Below, piece by piece: positions 45,498-56,080 of a stretch of DNA of 64,000 nucleotides. A model generated the notes under the pieces. It did not search any database and was not told the DNA's origin. It worked only from the letters and a program-made list of their open reading frames with translations. The stretch lies in the IMG/VR virus record IMGVR_UViG_3300015261_000002, positions 124,001 to 188,000 of that record; one strand, written 5' to 3'. A program made the position numbers and the translations under genes. The number at the start of each line of letters is the position of its first letter. Position 1 is the stretch's first letter.

Positions 45498-46811
45498 TTA
45501 GGGCGTGTTGGCCTTAACCGAGAGGTTAGACAGCTCGATCAAGCCGTGGATGATCAAGGTCAGGTAGCTGGTCAGAGCGGCGCGCAGGTTCAGCAGCTCC
45601 ATTTGGTTACGACGAACAATCGAGGAGAAGGCAGTGAGTACCTTGTCTTTCAGTTCATCGTCCATCTGCGACTCGTAGATACCTTTGGCAACATCGTTGT
45701 AATCGCTGTCCGCCAGTTTGTACTTGTCGCCGGCCTCGTACACCTTGCTCCATTCCTTCAGCAGTTCTTTCAAATGCTTTGCAATGATCTTGATCTGCTG
45801 GGACGATAGGCTCTTCACTTCATTACCCAGTTTCGGGTAAATCACTTCAGAACTGTTTTCGAAGCCGGTGAGTTCTTCGTTGAGGTAGATGTAGAGGAAC
45901 TGATCCACATCTTCCGGCGTGTGCATCCGATAGTTCGGCTTGCTCTGGCGGATATCGATGAAGTACGCACCACCCATCAGCTCCACGGATTGTTTCGCAG
46001 TAACACGACCCGTAGAGAAGTCCTTGTTGACCTTGTTACATTCCTTGAACGGTGTCGACGGCAGTTGCGACGGCAGGTCCAGGAAACGCTCCAGGCCAAG
46101 TTGTTGATCCAAGCCCGCAAACCCGCCAAAGAAGCTCAGGACGGCGTTCATGTTGTTCTTGCTGTTGAGGTAGTAGTTCGAGCTCACCGCCGAGATAGTG
46201 CGGCTCAGCTTGCTCACATCACCTGTCCAGTCACCGGAGATCTGACCATTGATCTTGAACAGGTTAAACAGACGAGCGCCCAGCAACAGGTTCTCACGAC
46301 CTTCATCGAAGCGCGGGGTGGTTTCAATCCCACGTTCCAATGCGTCCACCGCTTCAATCAAACTGTCATGGGTTTGAGTAAAGACGATGTAGGCTTCTTT
46401 AAAGCCGTCGTTGATGCGAACCACTACTTCCTTGGACTTACGGAAGAAGTCACCCAGGAAGCTCTCACAGCCCATCAGGCGCGTCAGAAGGTAATCTTCC
46501 GGCATGAGGGTGCGTCCGAGCGCTTCAGCGCCCTCAACAGCGTCCAAACCGCTTACAGGCGGAATGTCGACATTGGAACGTACCAACGAACCGTCCATGG
46601 CGTTTGCCAGCTCGGGTGTCACCTGGTGAGGTTCAGTGCCTTCAAGCACCGCCTTAACCATGTTGACACGATCCTTGCTGTCATCCAGACGGTTCTGGAA
46701 GCGATCGAGATCACCGGTGTCTTTGGCCAGGCTGACAATCTCCGCAGACTTAACAGCGGAGATAGCGGCCATTTCGGCCGCCAGCTGGAGTTCCTGGTTA
46801 ATTTGACCCAT
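45498..46811 (-). CDS. Head protein (phiKZ gp92-like position)
   Basis: Start ATG 46811 (MGQINQEL), 437 aa; GTE, GAE and MGCE|SFLGDFF motifs. Confidence 0.65.
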   Translation of the reverse strand: MGQINQELQLAAEMAAISAVKSAEIVSLAKDTGDLDRFQNRLDDSKDRVNMVKAVLEGTEPHQVTPELANAMDGSLVRSNVDIPPVSGLDAVEGAEALGRTLMPEDYLLTRLMGCESFLGDFFRKSKEVVVRINDGFKEAYIVFTQTHDSLIEAVDALERGIETTPRFDEGRENLLLGARLFNLFKINGQISGDWTGDVSKLSRTISAVSSNYYLNSKNNMNAVLSFFGGFAGLDQQLGLERFLDLPSQLPSTPFKECNKVNKDFSTGRVTAKQSVELMGGAYFIDIRQSKPNYRMHTPEDVDQFLYIYLNEELTGFENSSEVIYPKLGNEVKSLSSQQIKIIAKHLKELLKEWSKVYEAGDKYKLADSDYNDVAKGIYESQMDDELKDKVLTAFSSIVRRNQMELLNLRAALTSYLTLIIHGLIELSNLSVKANTP

Positions 46812-47316
46812 AGTAGGCTTCTCCTCCAAGCAGCAGGAAGATACGCCCGACAACACCAGCGCCTACACCTGCCATGAGACGATAGAGATCGTTGTCGAAG
46901 ACTTTGTCCCCATCCTGCAAGAAGGCCGCATGGCCACCTGTACGGGAGGTAGGGGTATAAGTGCCGTAACGGCTGCTGGCAGCATCCTGGAGTTTGTTTT
47001 CCTGGATACCAACAGAGGTGATCAGCTGACGATGACCACAACGACCATTCAGGTAATGAATGATGTCGCGGATCAGTTCAGACAAAGGACCCTTGCCGTT
47101 GTCGAAGTTGACTTCCATCCACCCTGCAAAGGAAGTACCGCACAGGGCAGTGACTTCGCGCAGGGTCTCGATGGTTACGTCACCTTTCATGATGAGCTCA
47201 AAATCCTGGTACGCATCCTGACGGAGGTACTTCAGGTTCTTGAACATGGTTGCCAGTTCACCTTCACTCAGGTTAGCACTGACGTACCCGTTGTTACCCC
47301 GGCGAAATTCAGGCAT
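46798..47316 (-). CDS. Conserved hypothetical protein (phiKZ gp91-like position)
   Basis: Start ATG 47316 (MPEFRRG), 172 aa, overlap-coupled on both sides. Confidence 0.6.
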   Translation of the reverse strand: MPEFRRGNNGYVSANLSEGELATMFKNLKYLRQDAYQDFELIMKGDVTIETLREVTALCGTSFAGWMEVNFDNGKGPLSELIRDIIHYLNGRCGHRQLITSVGIQENKLQDAASSRYGTYTPTSRTGGHAAFLQDGDKVFDNDLYRLMAGVGAGVVGRIFLLLGGEAYYGSN

Positions 47317-48190
47317 AGTCGGCCTCGATCTCTGCAATGGTGTGGTCGTTGCGAATGATCTTGTCCTGGTAGATCTCGATACGGCGATCGAGGTCAGGGT
47401 CATTCGTGCCGTTGCGCTTGTTGATCGCCTGGGAGATCTTCATCGCAAAGTACTCGTTGTCACGACGCATCTTCTCGATACGCATGCCCTGAATCTTGCT
47501 CCAGCCCAGACCCCACCAGAACATCGGGTTAACCAGGTGAACACCGAAACCCTTGTTCAGCAGGTCGACTTGCGTCTTGCCGCCGGTGCTTTCCATAACG
47601 TCCAGGGACGTCTGGGTGATTTCGATGTCCGGCAGGTTGTTCATGTTCTTCATGATCAACGACGCGCCGCGCAGCAGGTCAACGGTGAAGTTGTTGTAGA
47701 ACAGCGCAGTGCCGTTGATGAACTTCATGTCGATCGGTTGCAGGTAACGCTCCGGCTCAACACCCTGGTTGTTCATGGTCAACAGTACGTCGTAGATCAT
47801 GCGGGTGTAACGCAGCCAGAAGTTCAGGTACTCGATGACGTTCAGCAGGTTCGCTTGCTTGACGGTCATCAGCTTACCGTCCCACAGGCTTTCCTTGTAG
47901 CTGTTGACCGCTTTGGTCAGCTCGGTGGTCAGTGCATCGAGAGCGCCGAGACCGTGCTTGTTGATACCGACCAGATCGCCACCACGGAAGCCAGCGGAGT
48001 TGACCGCCTTCTTCAGGGAGCGGGTGATGACCCAATGCTCAGCCTGATCGCTCAGGTCGATATCGTTCATCTCGATGTTTTCCAGACCTGCCTTCAGGTC
48101 TTCACCGGCTACCTTGATGCTCAGGATAGCAGACAGGATTTCGTTCTTCTTTACCGCTTTGACTTTCCCGATGTAGGAGAAAATATCCAT
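47309..48190 (-). CDS. Inner-body/head protein (phiKZ gp90-like)
   Basis: About 293 aa, TGATG-coupled, SD GGAGG; size and position follow the gp89-like gene. Confidence 0.65.
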   Translation of the reverse strand: MDIFSYIGKVKAVKKNEILSAILSIKVAGEDLKAGLENIEMNDIDLSDQAEHWVITRSLKKAVNSAGFRGGDLVGINKHGLGALDALTTELTKAVNSYKESLWDGKLMTVKQANLLNVIEYLNFWLRYTRMIYDVLLTMNNQGVEPERYLQPIDMKFINGTALFYNNFTVDLLRGASLIMKNMNNLPDIEITQTSLDVMESTGGKTQVDLLNKGFGVHLVNPMFWWGLGWSKIQGMRIEKMRRDNEYFAMKISQAINKRNGTNDPDLDRRIEIYQDKIIRNDHTIAEIEADYA

Positions 48191-49287
48191 CACATGCCTC
48201 CGTTCAGCAACTTGACCAGGTCCGCCAGGGTGTTGGAGCCCGAATCTTTCTTCGATTTGATGGCGATATCCTTGCGGGTGTAAATTTCCGGCATATCGCT
48301 GCCATGGGTGTAGAAGGTGTAGATACCGCGATCTTCGTTGCAGACCACGATGGTGTTTGCCACCACAGCCTTGAAGATACCTTCACGCGACTTTGGATCA
48401 CGGAAGCGTTTACCGATGTCCAGTTCCAGCTGGGTAGCTGCTTCCTGGGAGATGATGAACGAGTTGGCCATGCTGTTGAAGCTGACCACGCCGGTACGCA
48501 CAGCAGTGAGCTTGTTACCGGTTTCACGACGCAGGGCTTCTTTGTAGTAGCCCGACATCTCTTCGTTCTTGATGTTGAAGCGTTCCTTGATGATGTCCTT
48601 GCCGCTGAGGAACTCAGGGTAGGTGATCTCACGGGTCTTGGCCATGGTCAAGCGAGCAAAGAAGCCCTCTTCGATCTTGGCAGCAGAGAAGGTACGCTTG
48701 AGGTCCTTCGTGGACATCGGCACCGGGATCTGACGGAAGGTCAGTGGGAAGTCGATCTTGCCACCACGTTCGGTGTGCAGGGTAGCGTTAACCACCTTAC
48801 CGATCGCGAGCGGGGTGTACTCTTGCAGGTCGGGCATGGTTTTGCCGCCGACTTGAACGTAGTCCTGCTCGGGGTTTTTCTTTGCTTCGTTCGGGATGTT
48901 GTCGTCGAAAGCTTCGCAGCCTTGGATCGACATCATGCCGGCACGGTTCGGGTTGATGGAACCGATAATGTCCTTGATCTGCACGCCCATCGACACGGTG
49001 CCTTCCAGCGCCAGGTGAGTCAGGGTGGCGACCACGTCACGCATCATGACGATTTGCATGAGGTCGGACATGAATTCCTGGTGCAGAAGGGACTGTTCAA
49101 CGCCGACCATTGGCGCAATGATCGCGCGGTTTGCGCTCTGATGCACCGATGTGGTCGAGACCACATTGTATGAACGTTGAACCTGGCCCGCCACTTTGGC
49201 GGCGGAGTTTATGTCTTTGCTATCGGGATAAAACTTACTTGCAATGTCCAGCAGGTAAGACCCCAGCCCTAATACGTTACCAATCAT
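48190..49287 (-). CDS. Inner-body/head protein (phiKZ gp89-like)
   Basis: 365 aa; IQGCE|AF processing motif; divergent from the gp88/gp87-like pair. Confidence 0.65.
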   Translation of the reverse strand: MIGNVLGLGSYLLDIASKFYPDSKDINSAAKVAGQVQRSYNVVSTTSVHQSANRAIIAPMVGVEQSLLHQEFMSDLMQIVMMRDVVATLTHLALEGTVSMGVQIKDIIGSINPNRAGMMSIQGCEAFDDNIPNEAKKNPEQDYVQVGGKTMPDLQEYTPLAIGKVVNATLHTERGGKIDFPLTFRQIPVPMSTKDLKRTFSAAKIEEGFFARLTMAKTREITYPEFLSGKDIIKERFNIKNEEMSGYYKEALRRETGNKLTAVRTGVVSFNSMANSFIISQEAATQLELDIGKRFRDPKSREGIFKAVVANTIVVCNEDRGIYTFYTHGSDMPEIYTRKDIAIKSKKDSGSNTLADLVKLLNGGM

Positions 49288-49320
49288 TTTTAATTACCTT
49301 CATTAATGGGAGCCAGAGAA

Positions 49321-50397
49321 ATGGCGGATGATCCTAATCTGTATAGCGGGTGGTACGACAAGACCCCAGGGAATGAAGAACCCAAAGGCGATCTGACCAG
49401 TCAGACGTTTGACGACTGGCTTGAATACGCGTTTCGAGAAAACGGCGGACCGGGTTACTCGAGCGCACTGATCAGCATGCTGAAAGGGGTACGAATTCTA
49501 GGCCCTGGGAACCAGTTGGCTCCCATCCCCGACGACACCATAGGATTAGTCTTTATTAACCGGCCGTTGTTGAACTTATCCGACGAAAACGTTGTAAAAC
49601 ATCCTCAAATGTTGCCGCTTTACAACCCAACTCGAAATACCCTGCAACATTACGTGAAGGGGTTACTCGATCCGGTGTGGGGAAGAGCGAACAGTGGTAA
49701 CAGCGAAATGCTCGATCCGTTGTATCCCTGGATGGGTTGTTTGACAAACCTGTGCAAGGTGTCCTCGGGCTTTCCTGACGTCAACATGCCTGTCGAGAAA
49801 TCGACCCCCGGTATTCGTAAAGAAGTCTATCAGTACCCCAACGGGATCCTGAAGGTGAACTACGACTACGACATGCGACTCACCTTTCACAACCCCAAGC
49901 CTAACGTGGTGCCGTTTATCTTCGACGTGATCAACCACTACATCGAAGGGGTGACGTTGGGTGACGAAGGTATGGAACCCTACCCGGAAGCGCTGATCCA
50001 GAACTACCGCGATTATGATGTGCGCATCTATCACATCATCATGAACAAGAACATGCGCAGTATTGAAGGGATCTACTGCAACGGCTACTCCTGGCCTAAC
50101 ACTTATCCGTCGGGTGCTTTCAGTACCATCGACCGTACGCAGAACAGTTTGCGTGGCCAGGGGCAGGATGAAGTAGAGATCAACTTCCCGAGTGTTATCT
50201 TCCGCTATAACAATTTGCGTCTTGCGGACATGTTTAACCGCACGACGCTGTTCTTCAATCCAAACATGAACCCTCGTGTTCGCGAGAACAACTATCGCAA
50301 GTTGAAATTCAGTGAGTACTACGCGGCTAACTATGCGTTGTGCTATCCATGGATTAACGTGAACTCGATGGAAATGGAATACTGGGGTGCTAAGTAA
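49321..50397 (+). CDS. Virion structural protein (phiKZ gp88-like; tube/baseplate)
   Basis: Start ATG 49321 (SD GGGAG), 358 aa; FINRPLLNLS and SGFPD motifs; precedes the large baseplate gene. Confidence 0.6.
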   Translation: MADDPNLYSGWYDKTPGNEEPKGDLTSQTFDDWLEYAFRENGGPGYSSALISMLKGVRILGPGNQLAPIPDDTIGLVFINRPLLNLSDENVVKHPQMLPLYNPTRNTLQHYVKGLLDPVWGRANSGNSEMLDPLYPWMGCLTNLCKVSSGFPDVNMPVEKSTPGIRKEVYQYPNGILKVNYDYDMRLTFHNPKPNVVPFIFDVINHYIEGVTLGDEGMEPYPEALIQNYRDYDVRIYHIIMNKNMRSIEGIYCNGYSWPNTYPSGAFSTIDRTQNSLRGQGQDEVEINFPSVIFRYNNLRLADMFNRTTLFFNPNMNPRVRENNYRKLKFSEYYAANYALCYPWINVNSMEMEYWGAK

Positions 50398-53328
50398 ATG
50401 GCCGACATTACACAACGAGAACTGATCGCACTGGCCAACAACCCTATTCGTGGGGTCAACCGTGTGATCAACCAGATCGAAGAGAACTACTTCGGTCGAT
50501 CGGTAAAACTGAACAGCAAGAGCCACCCGTTTGTCTTTGGTACCGACATCATCCTCGGAACCGCCCACGGTATCTTGAACCGTGTTGACGATGCGGTGGC
50601 TAAACTGTTCCCCGCTCATGCACGCAGTACTGCTGATCTCAGCCGGCACATGTCGGAAGAAGAGCAGGTCGGGATGTTTGGTACCCCGGCGATCATGGAC
50701 CTGCAATACGCGATCAACACCGACGTCTACATGTCGTTGGCAAAAGACGTAACGATCACCCTCGGCAAAAGTACCTTCACGTACAAAATGCTGTTGCTGC
50801 CGAAGGACACCGAACTGACCTTTGGTGGTTACACCTTTGCGATCGAGAACGGTATTGAAATCCGTTACAGCGAGCAGACGGGCTACCAGGTCGTCTACGA
50901 TGACAGCACGAACAATCCGCTGAACCCGATCTCGAACAACCTCCTGAAGCGAGTGGTGACCCCTAACGGTTACCTGACGATCGTTATCCCGTGCCGTCAG
51001 TTGATGTGCCAGCCTACCGAGAATCTGACGTCGAACATCAGCTCGGGTTGTGCCGGTGATATCGACTTCATTGACTATCTGTTTGCCGTTCGTGCATTCC
51101 AGACGGTCAATGGCATCAAGACGGAAATCCCGGTTACCTACAACCAGGATGTCTTCGACCCTAACACGGTCACCATGGCATTGAGCCTGGATGTCAGCAA
51201 CCAGCGGTTCAATTACCGTATCCCGGATGTCTACATTGCCAACGGCCTGGGCATCGGTTCGATCGACATCTATACCTACACGACGAAGGGTGAACTGTCG
51301 AAAGACTTTACCCAGACTGCGTTGCCGGATGTTGGGGTTAACTACCAGGACTATCGTTTTGGTGCAGGTACCCTCGGTCCGTTCTCTAACGCACTGAAGT
51401 CGTCAGGCGGTATGGCATGGCGGGCAATGACGCCGACGTCGGGTGGTAGCAATGCCATTCCTTTTGCTCAGATGAAGGCTTCCTTTATCATGGGTCGTCG
51501 TCAGCGCAATCTGCCGATCACCGAAAACAACCTGGTGGGTACCGTGGAGAACTACGGCTACAACTCGGTTAAGGCGATCGACTACATGACGAAGCGTAGC
51601 TACTCGTTGACCAAGGAACTTCGGATCCAGGACAACAAGAAGCTGTTTGCTCCCATGGGTTGCTTTGTTGGCAGTTACCTGGCATCGGTTAACAGTCTCA
51701 TTGGTAGCGGTGTGGTGATCGACAATGGTCAGCGTATTACCATCCCGCACAACGTGCTGTTTGATATCAGCCAGCCAACTACGGTCCTGATCAACCAGGT
51801 CACGAAGAACAACTACGAAGCCAGAAGCAACGAAGCCAAGGTAGACCTGGTAGCGTCGACGACTCTCGTCTATACACCGTTCTACTACGTTATGGACCTG
51901 ACGAACAACCAGGCTGTGTTGCGTACCTACCACCTCGACCAACCTAAGTTCCAAAGCCAGACGTTTAAGGCTGAGAACAGCTTGCTGGGTATCGACGTGG
52001 GTGTGGGCTCTGTGGCCATCGAGCAGAATGACTCGGGTTACCTGATCACGATTGTGACGGCATCGGGTAAGAGCTATAAGGAACTGGACGACTCCACGTT
52101 GGGCCTCCAGCTCTCTGTACAGCCTGAAGACACAAACAGCCTGGCCAGTATTGCAGCCACCCTGTACGGCCTCACAGAAGACGGTGAACGTATCTGGCAG
52201 TTCGCACTCGACAGTCGTTTCGATGTTGATGTGAATGACGTGATGTACTTCACAAACTTCGTGCAGTTCGGTAACACCCAACCGACCACCGGCGTTCCAC
52301 TGGATCTGACGATGACGTTTATCTTCACCTTCCAAGGCGATAAGGCTAACACAGCGACCGACTCGGATGACAAGATTGACCAAAGTCTGTTCCCAGTGCC
52401 GATGGTGGCTATCATCGAAACTCAGTACAGTGTTGTGTTGGGCAAGAAGATGGGTAACCTGTACAGCCGTATCCGTCCTCTCGTAGGCGAAGCGCAGTAC
52501 AAGAAGTATGGCGTCGACGTTCCGCTTGTGTATCAGGAAACGATCTACAAGCGTGACGAGAATAAAGAGATCATCTTTATCGATGGTGTTGCTCAAGTTG
52601 AGCACGAAGTGGGTGAGGTCATGTACGACAAGAACGTACCGCCTCGCATCATGCTGGAATACACCAAAGACGACTACATGCTTGATGGTGAAGGCAACTA
52701 CATCGAAGTGGCTCCTCGTGAGAAACTCTATCACTGGGACTTCATCGGTTTCGACGGTGCGTACTTCTTCAGTCATGATGCCTATGACATGCAGTTTGCC
52801 CAAGAGACCAAGGACTACTTCGTTGATGTCATCAGTCAGGACATGGCTTACTTTGCATCGTCCTCGCTTGATCAGACTAGCCTGGTCTACCAACCGCGCA
52901 ACAAGCTGGGCTACCAGAAGGTGGTCGTCAACAGCAACTACACCTCGTACCTCCGTCAGGATCTGAGCTTTGTGGTCACCTACTACCTCACGTCAGCGGG
53001 TATGAAGAACCAGAGCCTGAAGAGTTCCCTGGAAGCCAGTACTCCACGGACACTCAACGAAGGGTTGTTTGGAGCGACAACCTTCAGTGCCAACGACTTG
53101 GCGTTCCAATTGAAGGACGGTACCTCCCGAGAAGTGGTTGCGGTTAAACTGAGTGCCATCGCAGGTGACAGTACTGTGGATGTCATCAGTAACGCTGACT
53201 CCCTGACGGGCTTCAGTGTTCGTAAACTGTTGCAGGTGAGTTCGGACGGCTTGCTGTCGATCAAGGAAGACATCGACATCGTGTTCTTGCCGCATGACGT
53301 TTCCATGGTCAACATGGGTCCGGTGTAA
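50398..53328 (+). CDS. Large baseplate wedge-like protein (phiKZ gp87-like)
   Basis: 976 aa, beta-rich; size and plus-strand position inside the head-gene block match gp87. Confidence 0.7.
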   Translation: MADITQRELIALANNPIRGVNRVINQIEENYFGRSVKLNSKSHPFVFGTDIILGTAHGILNRVDDAVAKLFPAHARSTADLSRHMSEEEQVGMFGTPAIMDLQYAINTDVYMSLAKDVTITLGKSTFTYKMLLLPKDTELTFGGYTFAIENGIEIRYSEQTGYQVVYDDSTNNPLNPISNNLLKRVVTPNGYLTIVIPCRQLMCQPTENLTSNISSGCAGDIDFIDYLFAVRAFQTVNGIKTEIPVTYNQDVFDPNTVTMALSLDVSNQRFNYRIPDVYIANGLGIGSIDIYTYTTKGELSKDFTQTALPDVGVNYQDYRFGAGTLGPFSNALKSSGGMAWRAMTPTSGGSNAIPFAQMKASFIMGRRQRNLPITENNLVGTVENYGYNSVKAIDYMTKRSYSLTKELRIQDNKKLFAPMGCFVGSYLASVNSLIGSGVVIDNGQRITIPHNVLFDISQPTTVLINQVTKNNYEARSNEAKVDLVASTTLVYTPFYYVMDLTNNQAVLRTYHLDQPKFQSQTFKAENSLLGIDVGVGSVAIEQNDSGYLITIVTASGKSYKELDDSTLGLQLSVQPEDTNSLASIAATLYGLTEDGERIWQFALDSRFDVDVNDVMYFTNFVQFGNTQPTTGVPLDLTMTFIFTFQGDKANTATDSDDKIDQSLFPVPMVAIIETQYSVVLGKKMGNLYSRIRPLVGEAQYKKYGVDVPLVYQETIYKRDENKEIIFIDGVAQVEHEVGEVMYDKNVPPRIMLEYTKDDYMLDGEGNYIEVAPREKLYHWDFIGFDGAYFFSHDAYDMQFAQETKDYFVDVISQDMAYFASSSLDQTSLVYQPRNKLGYQKVVVNSNYTSYLRQDLSFVVTYYLTSAGMKNQSLKSSLEASTPRTLNEGLFGATTFSANDLAFQLKDGTSREVVAVKLSAIAGDSTVDVISNADSLTGFSVRKLLQVSSDGLLSIKEDIDIVFLPHDVSMVNMGPV

Positions 53329-53329
53329 A

Positions 53330-53388
53330 GCAGCTATAAACCATGCCTACCCTACCTCCCGCAAAGGAGGTAGGGTAGGTTATGGCCG
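53330..53388. terminator. Bidirectional terminator
   Basis: 14-bp stem CCTACCCTACCTCC / GGAGGTAGGGTAGG flanked by GCAGCTATAA and TTATGGCCG. Confidence 0.85.
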
Positions 53389-53395
53389 GTACAAC

Positions 53396-54154
53396 TTATT
53401 CCGCAGGCTGTTCCATCGGAGTCCCTGGGTACTTCAGGTTCAGGTATTCCGCAAACATGAACGGCAGCTTCAACTTGTTGCACATGTCGCTCGTGCGCCA
53501 AGAGAAGTCCTTCAGACTGTAACCCGTCAACTTCAGGTCAGGCTTGAAGGTACCTTCCAGATAGCTGGAGTGCGCCTTAGCCATGATGTCCTTGAACTCG
53601 TTAACAAAGAGGTAGTCCCCGTTGATGACGATATCCGGAACACGGTTGAGTTGATCCCACGAGGTGAGCGAACCGTCTTTCAACTTCTGCTCAGCTTCGT
53701 AGAAGTAGTCGCCGGTGTACGCGGTGTATTTCAACACCTCGCAACGGAACTCGTTCAGACGTTCCTGGCTCTCCACCGTGAAGTCAGCTGCGAGCAGCTC
53801 TTTCATTGTGGTGTTGACGACCTGGTCGATGTAGGCGTAAATGACCTCGAAGTACTCGCGGGTTTCTTTCAGCTCGCCCAGTTGCTTGCGTGCTTCTTCA
53901 ACGGGCAGGCCTGCATACAGCACAACAGACTTGTTCGTTTCAGGAAAGCATTCGGACAACTGAACAATCAGCGAGTTAGCCCGAGAGCTACTACCCCAGA
54001 TACCGCGGATGATCTTTGTAGCGACCGGCAGTGGAAGACCTTCGTCTTCCATCGCGGTGATCAGGGATTCGAGTTCGTCGATGTACGTCTGAGTCGTGAC
54101 ATCAGCCACACCCTTCAGTTTGACGATCTCTTCCCACATGGCTGCTCGGCTCAT
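53396..54154 (-). CDS. Head-associated hypothetical protein
   Basis: 252 aa, ATGA-coupled to 54151..55665. Confidence 0.6.
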   Translation of the reverse strand: MSRAAMWEEIVKLKGVADVTTQTYIDELESLITAMEDEGLPLPVATKIIRGIWGSSSRANSLIVQLSECFPETNKSVVLYAGLPVEEARKQLGELKETREYFEVIYAYIDQVVNTTMKELLAADFTVESQERLNEFRCEVLKYTAYTGDYFYEAEQKLKDGSLTSWDQLNRVPDIVINGDYLFVNEFKDIMAKAHSSYLEGTFKPDLKLTGYSLKDFSWRTSDMCNKLKLPFMFAEYLNLKYPGTPMEQPAE

Positions 54155-55665
54155 AGCAATTTACCTGCTCCGATTTGCTTGGTGAAGTTGTTGAGGTTGG
54201 TCTTAACCCCACCAATATCACTTTGGATGGCGAAGTTCACGTTGGCGGTCAACTTCTCGCCAAACGTTTTTGCATCGGCATCCTTGATGAACACACGACC
54301 TTCGATGATCGGGCTCAGACCGCGAGAGCGTGCCTCAGCAACGATCTTCTCGACCGCCTCGATATCGCCGACCACACCACTGTAGTAGTAGGCATGGATG
54401 CGACCGTACCATTCAACCAGGCTGACGATCTGCCGTTCAACGCGGAGAACTTCCTTGTTGATGGAGTAGCACATCTGGCTGAAGTTACGGCAAGCGACGC
54501 TCAACATCTGGTAGTCGGATAGCAGTTGCGGTGCGTTGTAGTAGGTCGCCATCGCGCTGATCTTTTCAGAGTCAGACTTGTCGATGATCTCGCCTAGTGC
54601 TTTCCAGTTGACTTTCGAGATATCAACCTCGTCGTCCACCAGTTCCTGGTAACGCACGTTCAGACGCTGGATCTCGAGCAGGGTAGCGGACACATCCACA
54701 CCGGCTACAGTCGAAGCACTTGCCACAACTTCGGTCTTCAGGCGGTTCTGTACCTGGTCAAACTTGTTGGCCAGTTCTTCGTTCGAGAAGTCAAGGCTAT
54801 ACAGATCCTTGTACAGTTTGCTCATGAGACCAGAGATCTCTTCAACGCCAAAGGTCAGCAGCGTTTCGTTCATTGCCTTGGTGATAACAATCACTTCGGT
54901 AGACGATTCACCGGCGACGTGGTTACCCGACTTGTGACGCACACGAGAACGGTTGTACTCGTCGAGGATCACTTTCTTCAGACGCTTCTGAGCGATCGTA
55001 ACCTTGTCAGTGGCCTGCTTGATCTTCACGTTCAGCTGCTGGATCAACGGAACACTGGCCGCCAGCTTCTTCACTTGATCGATATCGCTATCGAGCTTGT
55101 TCTTCAGCAGGTGGATCTGTGCAACACGATCCTTGTCCTTTGGCAGGCTGCCGAGGAACTTCTCGACGTTGTACTCAGCGACGTTGAAGCCAAAGCTGAT
55201 CAGCGTGTCTTCGAACTCTTTCTTCAGATCGCCGAGGCTGTCATTGATGGCTTTGGTGATCCGTTCCGACTTGCGGAAACCGAAGATCCCTTTAACCATG
55301 TCGACAACCCAGTCGATGGCCATGCGGATGTAACGAATGATGGTTTCGATGAAGTCTTTGAAACCGGTGTAGACCGCACTGAAGAAGCCTTCAGCGCCCA
55401 TGCGAGCGTTGCGCTCCGAAGGGAACGGGTCATAGTTCTCGACGCCTTTGAGTTTGAGGTGGCGGGCAACCTGCTTGGAGAAACGACCGAGGCTCAGTTG
55501 TTCGGAACCCATCACCATAACGGTGGCGTTGTTCTGTTCACTGACCTGGTAGTATTCAGTCAGGTCGATACGTTGTTTGTTTTCGCCAGGCTGATACGAA
55601 TCAACCGGCTCCGCATTACCGTACTGCTGGTAATCGTCAATCTTGGTAGTGGCGGAGTCACTCAC
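54151..55665 (-). CDS. Head/ejection protein, processed family
   Basis: 504 aa; RMGAE|GFFSAVYTGFKDFIETIIRYIRMAIDWV, followed by coiled coils. Confidence 0.7.
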   Translation of the reverse strand: MSDSATTKIDDYQQYGNAEPVDSYQPGENKQRIDLTEYYQVSEQNNATVMVMGSEQLSLGRFSKQVARHLKLKGVENYDPFPSERNARMGAEGFFSAVYTGFKDFIETIIRYIRMAIDWVVDMVKGIFGFRKSERITKAINDSLGDLKKEFEDTLISFGFNVAEYNVEKFLGSLPKDKDRVAQIHLLKNKLDSDIDQVKKLAASVPLIQQLNVKIKQATDKVTIAQKRLKKVILDEYNRSRVRHKSGNHVAGESSTEVIVITKAMNETLLTFGVEEISGLMSKLYKDLYSLDFSNEELANKFDQVQNRLKTEVVASASTVAGVDVSATLLEIQRLNVRYQELVDDEVDISKVNWKALGEIIDKSDSEKISAMATYYNAPQLLSDYQMLSVACRNFSQMCYSINKEVLRVERQIVSLVEWYGRIHAYYYSGVVGDIEAVEKIVAEARSRGLSPIIEGRVFIKDADAKTFGEKLTANVNFAIQSDIGGVKTNLNNFTKQIGAGKLL

Positions 55666-56053
55666 GGCCGGCCTCCAGTTCTTTTACCAGGTAGTCGGTC
55701 AGAACGGAGCAGGCCGGCAGCTCGCCAACGTCCACGTCATTCACGATGGTGGTGAACTCTTTCTTGCACGGCAGGGTGCCGGTGTTCATCATCACACCGT
55801 TCAGCATGCCGATGCGCACTTGAGCGGTCTTGTGGATCAGCGGGGCTGGGATAGGGGATACCTTGTTCCACTTGTCGAGCATGGCCCAGGCTTTCTCATC
55901 CATCTCGGTGGTCCAACCGCCCAGACGGTACGAACGACGGATCAGGGCACGGGCGAACGGTTCGGCCAGCAGCTTGCTCTGCTCGATGGGACAGGTGATA
56001 CCTTTTTCGGTCAGGGCTTTCTTGAATTCAACAACATGGATCAAATGCGACAT
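55658..56053 (-). CDS. Small conserved hypothetical protein
   Basis: 131 aa, overlap-coupled in the operon. Confidence 0.6.
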   Translation of the reverse strand: MSHLIHVVEFKKALTEKGITCPIEQSKLLAEPFARALIRRSYRLGGWTTEMDEKAWAMLDKWNKVSPIPAPLIHKTAQVRIGMLNGVMMNTGTLPCKKEFTTIVNDVDVGELPACSVLTDYLVKELEAGRE

Positions 56054-56080
56054 GGTAGAGTTCCTTGCAAGGGGAGAGGG

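Noticed and set aside
40023-47403. Longer N-terminal extensions in the ORF track (for example 41555, 43080, 46856, 47403; also 39312, 10028, 14966, 24085)
   Set aside because: They overlap upstream genes or terminators and lack an SD. Downstream ATGs have good SDs or stop-start coupling.
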